Shown piece by piece: positions 18,125 through 26,690 of a stretch of DNA of 56,213 nt (position 1 is the stretch's first letter; each line of letters starts with the position of its first letter). This DNA is from a virus (Duplodnaviria; Caudoviricetes). The translations under genes were made by a program, and so were the position numbers. Location of the stretch: positions 1 to 56,213 of IMG/VR virus record IMGVR_UViG_3300044980_000094; one strand, 5' to 3'. Below the pieces are notes generated by a model. The model saw only the letters and a list, made by a program, of their open reading frames with translations. It searched no databases and was not told where the DNA came from.

Positions 18125-19668
18125 TGCCCATTGTCAAAACTCATGAGCTAACAACCCATACCCCGCTGGCCCAATTCGACTCCGACCAAATCTACTGCGG
18201 ACTCGACTCTTGTCTTACATTAGAAATCTTCGAGTCCATCCAGACAATCTATGGCGCTAGCGGAGTCCCTCAGGACTGGCGGGGCATTTATTCCTTCGAG
18301 CGTGCCTTGCAGGCGCCATACTATGACCTCATGACTCGGGGCTTTCGCGTCGATGGCTGGGCGAGGCAGGAAGCCATCCAGTCCCTGCGAGAACGTATCT
18401 GCACTATCCAACAGGTGCTGGACCAGCTATCCACAGCGACGCAGGGCAGCCCGGTTAATCCACGTAGCCAGAAGCAGTTGCAGTATCTGTTCTACACCGT
18501 ATTGGCGCTGCCGGAATTGTGGATCAGCATCAAGGGCGAACGCAAGCTCTCAATGGGCCGGGAAGTGCTGGAAAAACTCCACGAGCGATATTTATATTCC
18601 AGGCCATTTGTGAACTGCATCCTGACCATTCGCGATCTCGCGAAGCAATTGGAGGTATTCGAGTCCAAAATTGACTCAGATGGCCGATTCAGAGCGAGCT
18701 ATAACATCGCCGGGACTGAAACTGGTCGGCCATCGTCGAGCGAAAATGCATTCGGCACTGGCCGCAATGCCCAGAATATCGCACCCAATTTGCGTCACGT
18801 CTTTGTGGCGGACCCGGAGCATGTTCTAGTTGTTGTTGACCTCGAGCAGGTGGAGGCCCGTGATGTCGGATTCTTTTGTGGGTGCCTTTTCGGTGAGTGG
18901 GGATTTCTTGACGCCTGCGAATCTGGCGACCTTCACACGAATAATGCTAAGAGAATTTGGCCCGAGCTTGGCTGGACCGGAGATCGAAAGGCTGATAAAA
19001 AAATTGCAGAACAGAACTTCTACAGGGATTTCAGCTACCGAGACATGGCAAAACGAGGAAGCCATTTGTCGAATTACATGGGGACGGCCTGGACCGCTGC
19101 TAGGTCGCTCAAGTTGCCACTTGCGATTATGGAGGATTTCCAGGCTCGCTACTGTCGAGGCGACCCCAAGCGTGGGATCGAGCCCGCGTATCCGTGCATT
19201 CCCCGCTGGTGGCGCTGGGTCGCAGAGCAACTCCAGACTACTCGCCAGCTCGTGACCCCGTTTGGCCGCCGCAGACACTTTTTCGGACGCCCCGGTGACG
19301 ATACCACACTGCGAGAGGCCATTGCGTTTCTGCCCCAGAGCACGACGGCGGATCGGATGAATCTTGGCCTATGGCGGGTCTGGCGTCACGAGCCCCGAGC
19401 CCAATTACTGGCTCAAACCTATGACTCGATTACTTTTCAGGTCAGCCAAGATGACAATATCGAGGACTGTATTGGGAATGTATTGCACCTGCTCGGGGTG
19501 GAACTGTTTGGGCCAGCGCCGGATTATCGCCACTACGTCGTGCCTGGGGAGGCCAAATGGGGCTGGAACTGGGGGCCACAGAGCGAGCACAATCCCGATG
19601 GGCTGAGGAAATGGTCTCCGAGCCAACTCCTGCCGGCTCGAGCTAACGGCATGCAGAGAATGGTCTAG
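18124..19668 (+). CDS. polA: Family A DNA polymerase (split, part 2)
   Basis: YCGLD (ExoIII), NP.S..Q, TETGR.SS, N.QNI, DLEQVEAR (A), RDMAKRGSHLSNY (B), TPFGRRR, QTYDS (C). Confidence 0.92.
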   Translation: MPIVKTHELTTHTPLAQFDSDQIYCGLDSCLTLEIFESIQTIYGASGVPQDWRGIYSFERALQAPYYDLMTRGFRVDGWARQEAIQSLRERICTIQQVLDQLSTATQGSPVNPRSQKQLQYLFYTVLALPELWISIKGERKLSMGREVLEKLHERYLYSRPFVNCILTIRDLAKQLEVFESKIDSDGRFRASYNIAGTETGRPSSSENAFGTGRNAQNIAPNLRHVFVADPEHVLVVVDLEQVEARDVGFFCGCLFGEWGFLDACESGDLHTNNAKRIWPELGWTGDRKADKKIAEQNFYRDFSYRDMAKRGSHLSNYMGTAWTAARSLKLPLAIMEDFQARYCRGDPKRGIEPAYPCIPRWWRWVAEQLQTTRQLVTPFGRRRHFFGRPGDDTTLREAIAFLPQSTTADRMNLGLWRVWRHEPRAQLLAQTYDSITFQVSQDDNIEDCIGNVLHLLGVELFGPAPDYRHYVVPGEAKWGWNWGPQSEHNPDGLRKWSPSQLLPARANGMQRMV

Positions 19669-19697
19669 GCCATTGGCCTAAGCCCTGTCCTATCCTC

Positions 19698-20972
19698 ATG
19701 TATTCCTCCGAAATCTTAGTTGGAGCCAATGTGGAGCCCCCACAGCCAGTCCGTTCCTCAACCCCGCTGCCAGAAGATTTCATATCTGATTTCTTCTCCT
19801 ACACAGCAGACGTGCGTTCGCCCGAGCTGTTCCGCACCTGGACGGCCATTACGATCGTCGGGGCAGCCCTCGAGCGCAGGGTCTGGGTCCGCACAGGCCC
19901 ATACGCGACGTTTCCGAATATGTTTACTCTGCTCGTGGCCCCACCCGGCACAGGCAAGAAAGTTATCGAAAAAGCCTCGGAGCTACTGGGCGAAACCCTT
20001 CGGCCGGACACGAAAATCAAGGCTTTCCATGTGGCCCCGCAGTCTATCACCAAAGCTGCCCTCATTGACACTCTCAAGGACTCCAAGCAGACCACCCTTA
20101 CTCGGCAGGGCAAGACTTTCGTCTACCATGCCCTGTTTATTGGCGCCGAGGAGTTCTCGGTCCTATTGCCCAGCCACGACCCGGAGTATGAAGGAGTCCT
20201 AAACTCGCTCTGGAACAACAGCGCACTGTTTCATGAACGTCGCCGACATGGAGATCGAAAGGAAACCCTAATCGAGTTCCCGATTCTCAACATGCTCGCA
20301 GGAGTCCAGCCGAGTTTCTTGAGCCAATTGCCGCCGGAGACTTGGGCCTCGGGGCTAAGCCGCAGATTCATTATGATCTACAGCGCCGAGCAGCGCATTC
20401 GCGATCCATTCCTAGTCACAGTGGATGAGGAAGAATTGAAAGAAAAAATGCTAGCCAAGTTACGCAAGATGTCTGACCTGCAGGGTCAGATCACCTGGAG
20501 CCCAGAGGCACAAAGCACATTCACGGCCTGGGTCATGGGCGGCAGTCCGCCGAGGCCGATACATTCCAAACTCACAGCCTATGTATCGAATCGGGAAATG
20601 AATGTGATGAAACTGGCCGGAATCAGTGCAGTCAGCCGAGGCCAGATGCAAATCGCGGCCGTTGACCTGGCTCGGGCCATGGAATGGCTACTCAACGCCG
20701 AAACCATAATGCCGGACATATTCCGGGCCATGATCTCCAAGAGCGACCAAGACATCATCGATGAACTGTATTTGGCCGTTAGCTCGCTATGGAAAATCTC
20801 CAACGGCAAGCCTGTCGACGGGGCCTTTGTCTGGCATTTTGTCTCCAGCCGAACCACAAGCGACAAGGTGGAGAAGATTATCAATCTGGCGGACAAAATG
20901 CAAGCTGTGGTGAGAATCGCGGGGACGGAGAATTTCAAACCCATGCCCAGGTGGCAGATTAAGATGGAGTAA
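19698..20972 (+). CDS. DUF3987/YfjI-like P-loop ATPase (putative replicative helicase)
   Basis: SPE.F..W, PN....VAPPGTGK, EEFS, G...RF. Confidence 0.75.
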   Translation: MYSSEILVGANVEPPQPVRSSTPLPEDFISDFFSYTADVRSPELFRTWTAITIVGAALERRVWVRTGPYATFPNMFTLLVAPPGTGKKVIEKASELLGETLRPDTKIKAFHVAPQSITKAALIDTLKDSKQTTLTRQGKTFVYHALFIGAEEFSVLLPSHDPEYEGVLNSLWNNSALFHERRRHGDRKETLIEFPILNMLAGVQPSFLSQLPPETWASGLSRRFIMIYSAEQRIRDPFLVTVDEEELKEKMLAKLRKMSDLQGQITWSPEAQSTFTAWVMGGSPPRPIHSKLTAYVSNREMNVMKLAGISAVSRGQMQIAAVDLARAMEWLLNAETIMPDIFRAMISKSDQDIIDELYLAVSSLWKISNGKPVDGAFVWHFVSSRTTSDKVEKIINLADKMQAVVRIAGTENFKPMPRWQIKME

Positions 20973-20977
20973 ATCTG

Positions 20978-21364
20978 ATGCTAATTGAAGTCAGAAAAAG
21001 CCCCACAGGCGGCAATGCTGACGATATATCCTGCCATGATTCCACCGGGCACAAACTACGCAACGATGCAACGATTGCCGAAGAAGGGCGACCAAATAAG
21101 AATGGAGTAAGCAAATGCAAATGCAGTGGTATCCAACGAAAAGCAATTGGTATAAGATCAGCTGTTCGCGGCAATATAGTACGCAGGCCGTGGTCGTTTA
21201 TACGTTGTCGATCTTTGGCCTGCAGCTTAGGTGGTATGGGGGAAGGCGTTGATGGCGAAGCCGTGCAATGTCTTCGAATGTATGGGGTGTTATGTCCCAT
21301 GACGGACCTAATCGGTCCTTTCCTTGCCACTAAGAACGTGGCCCCGCCACGCTACCACACTTGA
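20978..21364 (+). CDS. Hypothetical protein (uncertain; shorter alternative ORFs overlap)
   Basis: GGAG RBS; lower-GC segment. Confidence 0.35.
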   Translation: MLIEVRKSPTGGNADDISCHDSTGHKLRNDATIAEEGRPNKNGVSKCKCSGIQRKAIGIRSAVRGNIVRRPWSFIRCRSLACSLGGMGEGVDGEAVQCLRMYGVLCPMTDLIGPFLATKNVAPPRYHT

Positions 21365-21392
21365 TTTTGCCAATCGTGTCCAAGGAGCTCCC

Positions 21393-21653
21393 ATGCAGCA
21401 CAAAGCCGATCCCTCTGCACTATCCAGCATCTTCTCCATCCCCAGCCTTTACGTCGATGGCTGCTTAGTCATCGGCAACGGAACGCCAATTTTGCGCCTT
21501 GTCTTCTGGGAGCAATTTGTTAATCCCAACGGGACCGAGATGCGGCCCAGAGTCGCCATCTCGATGCTAGATACCAACGCACGAGCCCTGATAAATGCCC
21601 TAGAGACATTCCTCAACGACACAGCAAGCAGTCAGCCCATTAGGAGACAATGA
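21393..21653 (+). CDS. Hypothetical protein
   Basis: AAGGAG RBS. Confidence 0.7.
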   Translation: MQHKADPSALSSIFSIPSLYVDGCLVIGNGTPILRLVFWEQFVNPNGTEMRPRVAISMLDTNARALINALETFLNDTASSQPIRRQ

Positions 21654-21835
21654 TGATTAACAGCACAGAGCAGATTTTCAACTCCAACCCGGACTATGAT
21701 CCACTGGCCAAGCTCCAGGCCCAGCAGCATATAACCGAGGACCAAGCCATGGTCACGGCCCTATTAATGCTGGGGCTGCTTGTAGGCCTGGGCCTGCTGT
21801 TGGCGGCTAGTCTACTTAGATGGATTTTCCGCTAA
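21650..21835 (+). CDS. Small membrane protein, candidate superinfection exclusion
   Basis: AGGAG RBS; C-terminal TM; convergent on ejection-gene remnant. Confidence 0.65.
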   Translation: MMINSTEQIFNSNPDYDPLAKLQAQQHITEDQAMVTALLMLGLLVGLGLLLAASLLRWIFR

Positions 21836-21925
21836 AGGATTGGTCCCAGAGGCAATCCCACCAATGAGAGCATTGCGCCAATTGTCGGGGTTTGCGACTG
21901 TTCGGCCAATCGATCGCAGCAATGG
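21812..21925 (-). pseudogene. Orphan alternative C-terminus of the ejection protein gene
   Basis: Reads PLLRSIGRTVANPDNWRNALIGGIASGTNPLAENPSK-stop, resembling PLLWHGGVAAAKNPQMLKYPLGAAIAGQTSNPLLGGQ of 22089-23822. Confidence 0.5.
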
Positions 21926-21969
21926 CCGAGGGCCAGCGGGCCGGCCCGAGCAACTAAGGGATTAGCAAA

Positions 21970-22095
21970 ATGGAAACTCAATTTGTAATCGCAAGTCAGA
22001 ACGAGCGGACCTTGGCAATCTTCGGGCTCGTGCTTGTAATAATTGCCGGATGTCTGCTATTTGGAGCAATCATAAATAAAATCTGCGGTCACTGA
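21970..22095 (+). CDS. Small membrane protein (41 aa, not in ORF track)
   Basis: METQFVIASQNERTLAIFGLVLVIIAGCLLFGAIINKICGH; stop overlaps ejection gene stop. Confidence 0.55.
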   Translation: METQFVIASQNERTLAIFGLVLVIIAGCLLFGAIINKICGH

Positions 22096-23822
22096 CCACC
22101 CAACAGCGGATTGCTAGTTTGTCCCGCAATGGCGGCACCGAGCGGATATTTGAGCATCTGTGGATTTTTTGCGGCCGCGACGCCTCCATGCCATAACAAT
22201 GGTGCCCCCATTCCAGCAAGGCTAACTAGATCAGGCGGCACAGTGCCGAGTATAGTATTGGCTAGATTGCCCAAATGCTCACCAGCCCACCCACCGGCTA
22301 ATGCTTGAATGCCATGAGAGCCCAGTGTTTTGCCCACGGGTTTAACCGCAGCAGCATCAAGAGCAGCTCGATCAGCAGCATCAGGAACCAGCGCAGCCTT
22401 GGACTCATCGCTGAGCTTAGGCCATTTCTCCGGATGAGCAGACAGGAACCCCGCTGCGAGTTCGTTGGCAGCATCTGGGGTCTCGGCCCGCAGCCGACTA
22501 ATATGCGTCGAGTCCTTGGTCATGCCGTTCCAGAGCGAGCTAGCAGCATTCCCCGGCAATATAGTCTCGTTGGCCGGATTAACATCGCTGGCGATTTTGC
22601 CCATTGTCTGCTCGCCGATTTGGTAGAGCTTATTGGCTCCGGAGTTAAAATTAGCCCATTCGTCTCCCGCGCCAGCAGCATTGGCGGAGGAGCCTAGATC
22701 TTCAGTAAGAGACTTGTATAGTCCCTTAATCATGGTCGGGTCTGCGCCCTGAATCAGCTTAGGATTGGCGACGAGGTCGCCCAGCTGGCCTCGGAGGGCT
22801 CGGGCATCCTGCCAGTCGAGGGCAACTCCGGTCCCTGTCGGCGCCATTTTGGCCAGCGTGGACTGAAGTTGCTCTGGTAGCTTGGACGACAGCAGGGCGG
22901 ATAGCGGCTGTGCCTGGCCACTCTTGGTGGCCATGTCTTTTACGGTCTGGCCAAAGTTGGCCAGATTAACCGGGGTCTGCGGGCCGACTTTGGCATCGAG
23001 CGGAGCGGCAAGAGCACTTAGCTTGGTTGGCAGCTCGGTCGAGCGCCAATTGCGAACTGCATCCTGCGCAGCTTCGCCCGCCTGTTCGGCGTTCTCAGAA
23101 CTCCCCAGCTTGGCAGCCACATAGCTAAACGGATTGCCGCCGAAGGCATGGATGAGCCCAGCCACTCCGAGGCCTCCAACAGCTCCAGCGATGGCAGGAG
23201 CTATTTGATTCCCCGGCAGGGCCTCGTGGGTAAGTTCCCCCACCTCGCCGCCAGCGAGCCCAGTCGCAGCGGCTTTGGCTAGCCCGGCAGGGCCAGCACC
23301 GAGCCCAAACGGCAGCATCGAGCCAACTCCACGGGCACCAGCCGCGAGCAGGTTTTCGTCCTGCCCAGTCGGGACTAGATCGGGCCTATTCGTCAGCCCA
23401 GCCTTGTTGGTAACAGCCAAAATATCATTGCTACGAGGCGCATTGGGGATGTCTGACACCAATGGGGCATTGGGATTTGCGCCGCCGGGGAGTGCACTCC
23501 GCATCCAGTCGCCAGATAGTCCGTAATTAACCGCCGAGGCGCCATGAGTCAGCCAATCTGGCAGATATTTGGCCCCGAGCGCATTCCCGACTGAGGCTAG
23601 ATCGCCAATGGCGCCAGCGCCCTGCGCAACGCCTTTAAGGCCCTCGCTGGCAGTCAGGTTGACTTCACGCTGCAAGCCAGCAGGCTGTGTGACAGGAGCC
23701 GTAGCAGCAACTGGCTCCGCAGCTGGGCTGCCACCAAGACTTTTGAGCGCCTTCGAGACATCTGAATCCGACATCGAGTCGGGGAACTGAATGACTCTCC
23801 CGTTTGGCATCTGGACGATCAT
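22089..23822 (-). CDS. DNA ejection / internal virion protein (P22 gp16 position)
   Basis: M.VQMP.G....FPD.MS N-terminus; Ala/Gly-rich; last gene of late operon. Confidence 0.75.
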   Translation of the reverse strand: MIVQMPNGRVIQFPDSMSDSDVSKALKSLGGSPAAEPVAATAPVTQPAGLQREVNLTASEGLKGVAQGAGAIGDLASVGNALGAKYLPDWLTHGASAVNYGLSGDWMRSALPGGANPNAPLVSDIPNAPRSNDILAVTNKAGLTNRPDLVPTGQDENLLAAGARGVGSMLPFGLGAGPAGLAKAAATGLAGGEVGELTHEALPGNQIAPAIAGAVGGLGVAGLIHAFGGNPFSYVAAKLGSSENAEQAGEAAQDAVRNWRSTELPTKLSALAAPLDAKVGPQTPVNLANFGQTVKDMATKSGQAQPLSALLSSKLPEQLQSTLAKMAPTGTGVALDWQDARALRGQLGDLVANPKLIQGADPTMIKGLYKSLTEDLGSSANAAGAGDEWANFNSGANKLYQIGEQTMGKIASDVNPANETILPGNAASSLWNGMTKDSTHISRLRAETPDAANELAAGFLSAHPEKWPKLSDESKAALVPDAADRAALDAAAVKPVGKTLGSHGIQALAGGWAGEHLGNLANTILGTVPPDLVSLAGMGAPLLWHGGVAAAKNPQMLKYPLGAAIAGQTSNPLLGGQ

Positions 23823-23852
23823 GCGCGCAGTCCTAGCAGTTAGAGATCAACA

Positions 23853-25235
23853 TTATTGCCCAACTGGCACAAGGCCCTTTTCAGGATCCCAGCGATGAGT
23901 AACTCCCGGTGCAGTCCCAGCCTGCGGAACCCCCTTGACTCCTTCGCCAGAAATCTCCGTTGTGGGACTCCAGTTCTTCATGAAATCCGAATGGCTCCAT
24001 TGACTCGGCCATCGAGTCATGTCGCCACCCTTAGCCTTATATTGGTCGATGGCGTCTTGCTCATGCAGGTCTTTATCGTAAAAGTTATTCCACAAATTGA
24101 AGACCTTAACCATGGCCCTCGGATCGGTGGTCAGATTGGGATTCTTCTGCAAATAGGCCACAAACTCCTGCGCATTCATACGGCTGCCGCCGACGCCAGT
24201 GAGCTGTTGCTTGAGCTGGGACATAGAGGTCCCGAGGGAAATCTTGTCGATCTCTTGGCTAGCAGCCTGAGAACCATTAGCCCATTTATCCACCGTGTCG
24301 TTGTTGACGCCCACAGCCTGAAGCAGCGAGCCCAATCGGCTATATGTATCGGCGCCGCCGCCCATCTGAGCACTATGCGCCGCGTCGATGATCGCTCGCA
24401 TATTTTTGCTCAAATCCTGGCCGCTCAAAACCCGATCATCGAGGTTCTTTTCGTAGTCGGCCACATCAGCAATACGGTGCTCAGCGTAGCCTTTTTGGCC
24501 GACGCTGAGACCCTGTGGGCCAGAGGCAGTTGTCGAGTCAGCAGGACCACCTTGAATGCCGCCCAGCGTAACCGGAGCAGGAGCACCACCGGGTCCGACC
24601 GGCTGATATTCTGTAGTGGGTTTCATCACCCCAGCGGCACCATACATAGTCTCAGCCGGGATGCCAGAACCTGCCCCCAGCGCAATGATGTTCTTTTGCA
24701 ATTGGGCACTCGCAGCAGCCTTGGCCTCCGGGGGAGCGTCCGGGTCAGTTGGGACCCCAGCAGTCAATGCGGGCAAGATATACTGCAGGGCCTGGCCCGC
24801 ACGAGCTTGGGCTTGCGGACTGAGCAGTTTCAGTCTCCCTTGAATATTCGGCAGCAACTGGCTCACGTCTCCAGCACTTGAGGCCGCGCTGCCGCCCAAC
24901 ACCGCATCGAGGCCATCTTTGGCACCATGCTGGGCCTCGTTCTCGTATTGCTGTCTTGCCAGCATGGCTTGGCGCCAATTGGCTACAGCCTCACCTCCCC
25001 AAGCGGCCGCAGTCGGGTCTTTGCTCACAGCATCAAGGCCAGATTCCAAATCAGGACTACTGGCAATGATCTGGCCAGCCCGTTGGGTGCCTGCAAACTT
25101 CTGCTGCATCATTGAGGTCTGGGTTTGCAGCATACGCATTTGCATGATTTGGCTCATGGCGCCGAGCGGATTGCCACCAAAGAGGCCAGAATTATTGGGC
25201 TGGGCAACGTTGAGATCAAGATCAGGTCCGGGCAT
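23853..25235 (-). CDS. DNA ejection protein (P22 gp20 position)
   Basis: Gln/Ala/Gly-rich helical protein; synteny. Confidence 0.7.
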   Translation of the reverse strand: MPGPDLDLNVAQPNNSGLFGGNPLGAMSQIMQMRMLQTQTSMMQQKFAGTQRAGQIIASSPDLESGLDAVSKDPTAAAWGGEAVANWRQAMLARQQYENEAQHGAKDGLDAVLGGSAASSAGDVSQLLPNIQGRLKLLSPQAQARAGQALQYILPALTAGVPTDPDAPPEAKAAASAQLQKNIIALGAGSGIPAETMYGAAGVMKPTTEYQPVGPGGAPAPVTLGGIQGGPADSTTASGPQGLSVGQKGYAEHRIADVADYEKNLDDRVLSGQDLSKNMRAIIDAAHSAQMGGGADTYSRLGSLLQAVGVNNDTVDKWANGSQAASQEIDKISLGTSMSQLKQQLTGVGGSRMNAQEFVAYLQKNPNLTTDPRAMVKVFNLWNNFYDKDLHEQDAIDQYKAKGGDMTRWPSQWSHSDFMKNWSPTTEISGEGVKGVPQAGTAPGVTHRWDPEKGLVPVGQ

Positions 25236-25888
25236 CAGTTGATACTCCTAGATGGACTAGAGGCAGACATGAGCGGATTGGGAGAGGCAGTTGGACTGGC
25301 GCCAACTGGGCCACCAGCTAGACCGCTCCCCTGCCCCTTTGCCCTCATGTCGTCAATCCGATCAGCCAGCAGCATGTGCATCCCAGCCACTCCCATATGA
25401 TGAGCCGCAAGGGCCTGCATTGGGATCAACTGCTGTTCCTGTTGCTTGAGCATTTGATCTTTTTCCATAAGCCACGAGGCCAAAGCTTGGCCCCCTTGGG
25501 GCATAGCGGATTGGCCGCCTTGGGGATTCCCCGCGATCAGGGCCATAATCTGCTTCGGGTCTCCGCCCTCGGCAATGATTTTTCCCGCGCCTTTGAGCAC
25601 GTCTTCAATCGTGGCCGAGTCGCCAAGCTTGGTGAGCGCATCGAGTTCGCTTCGGGCAATTCCAAGCATCTCGGCGGCGTTGGACACCTGATCAAAATGA
25701 GCCTTAGCAGCATCAGCGTGCTGTTGGGTCGGACTGGCAGGAGCGGGGGGATTAGCCCCAGCTGGACTTGCGGGTTTGGGGGCTTGTTCCAAATCCCCCG
25801 CGTCCGGCCCGTTGCCCATCTGGGCGTCGTCGGAATCGCCAGCGCCAATGCCAGGCGGCCGCGGATTAGGTCCAAGCAGCGGGTTCAT
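25235..25888 (-). CDS. Putative internal virion protein
   Basis: Between gp7-like and gp20-like genes; TGATG coupling. Confidence 0.65.
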   Translation of the reverse strand: MNPLLGPNPRPPGIGAGDSDDAQMGNGPDAGDLEQAPKPASPAGANPPAPASPTQQHADAAKAHFDQVSNAAEMLGIARSELDALTKLGDSATIEDVLKGAGKIIAEGGDPKQIMALIAGNPQGGQSAMPQGGQALASWLMEKDQMLKQQEQQLIPMQALAAHHMGVAGMHMLLADRIDDMRAKGQGSGLAGGPVGASPTASPNPLMSASSPSRSIN

Positions 25889-25903
25889 GCGGGAAGTCCT
25901 TTG

Positions 25904-26689
25904 TTAGCCAGCAATGTTAATGTCACCACTGCCAGGAATGCTCGGCCCAAAAAATCCAGAGCTATTGAGTGCCAGCATGAGCGCAGTATTAGTCCCGGCA
26001 CTACTAACTCCGCCGATGGCCCCAGTGAGCGAGTTAGCGGCCCCAATTGTCCCGGCCGCGCCAGCGGCAGCGCCCCCGATCAGAGCATTGCCTTGGTTGG
26101 CCGCCGAGGTCAGCCCCTGCTGCCCTGTCGTGGCCGCGGCATTCTCGCCTAGTTGGTTCTGACTCATAAGCATATTGTATGCCTGCAAATTGCCTTGATA
26201 GTAGTTCTGGGCCTGCTGAGCCCATGTCTGACTAGCAAGGCCCTGAGCATATTGGGCCTCGCCTTTGATCCCAGGGCCACTGCCTGCGGGGCGATTGCCA
26301 ATCTGGCCGGTGCCATAGCCACTCGGCGCGATCGAGTTCTGGATCCCAAACTCACCCTGTTGTAGGGCGAATTGATACCCAGGAGTCTTCACGAGTTGAT
26401 TCATCGTGGGCTTGAATGGTGCAGCGAGCGGAGATGTGAGGACATTCCCACTCGACGCACCCGTGAGCCTCTGCAAGGTCAGGTTCGCATCTTGGCCGCT
26501 GAAATTATACGGGGCCAGACTGGCCTCAGTTTGGGCAAATTCTGCGGCCTGGAGCTGCTGGGCACTAGTTGCGGCCTGCTCCTGCTCACTAGCGGCCTGT
26601 TCGCTCGCACCAGCGCCTATGGCCCCCGAGGCCACAGACCCGACGGCGCCTAATGCGCCAGCGCCTAAAACCGCTGCACCAATTCCCAT
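25904..26689 (-). CDS. DNA transfer protein, P22 gp7-like
   Basis: Gly/Ala-rich N-terminus, L.PY...G, TPGYQF.LQQG. Confidence 0.78.
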   Translation of the reverse strand: MGIGAAVLGAGALGAVGSVASGAIGAGASEQAASEQEQAATSAQQLQAAEFAQTEASLAPYNFSGQDANLTLQRLTGASSGNVLTSPLAAPFKPTMNQLVKTPGYQFALQQGEFGIQNSIAPSGYGTGQIGNRPAGSGPGIKGEAQYAQGLASQTWAQQAQNYYQGNLQAYNMLMSQNQLGENAAATTGQQGLTSAANQGNALIGGAAAGAAGTIGAANSLTGAIGGVSSAGTNTALMLALNSSGFFGPSIPGSGDINIAG

Positions 26690-26690
26690 G

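Noticed and set aside
18220-18411. Minus-strand ORF ending in EDF as another tagged protein
   Set aside because: Antisense to polA and lacks the hydrophobic residue before DF
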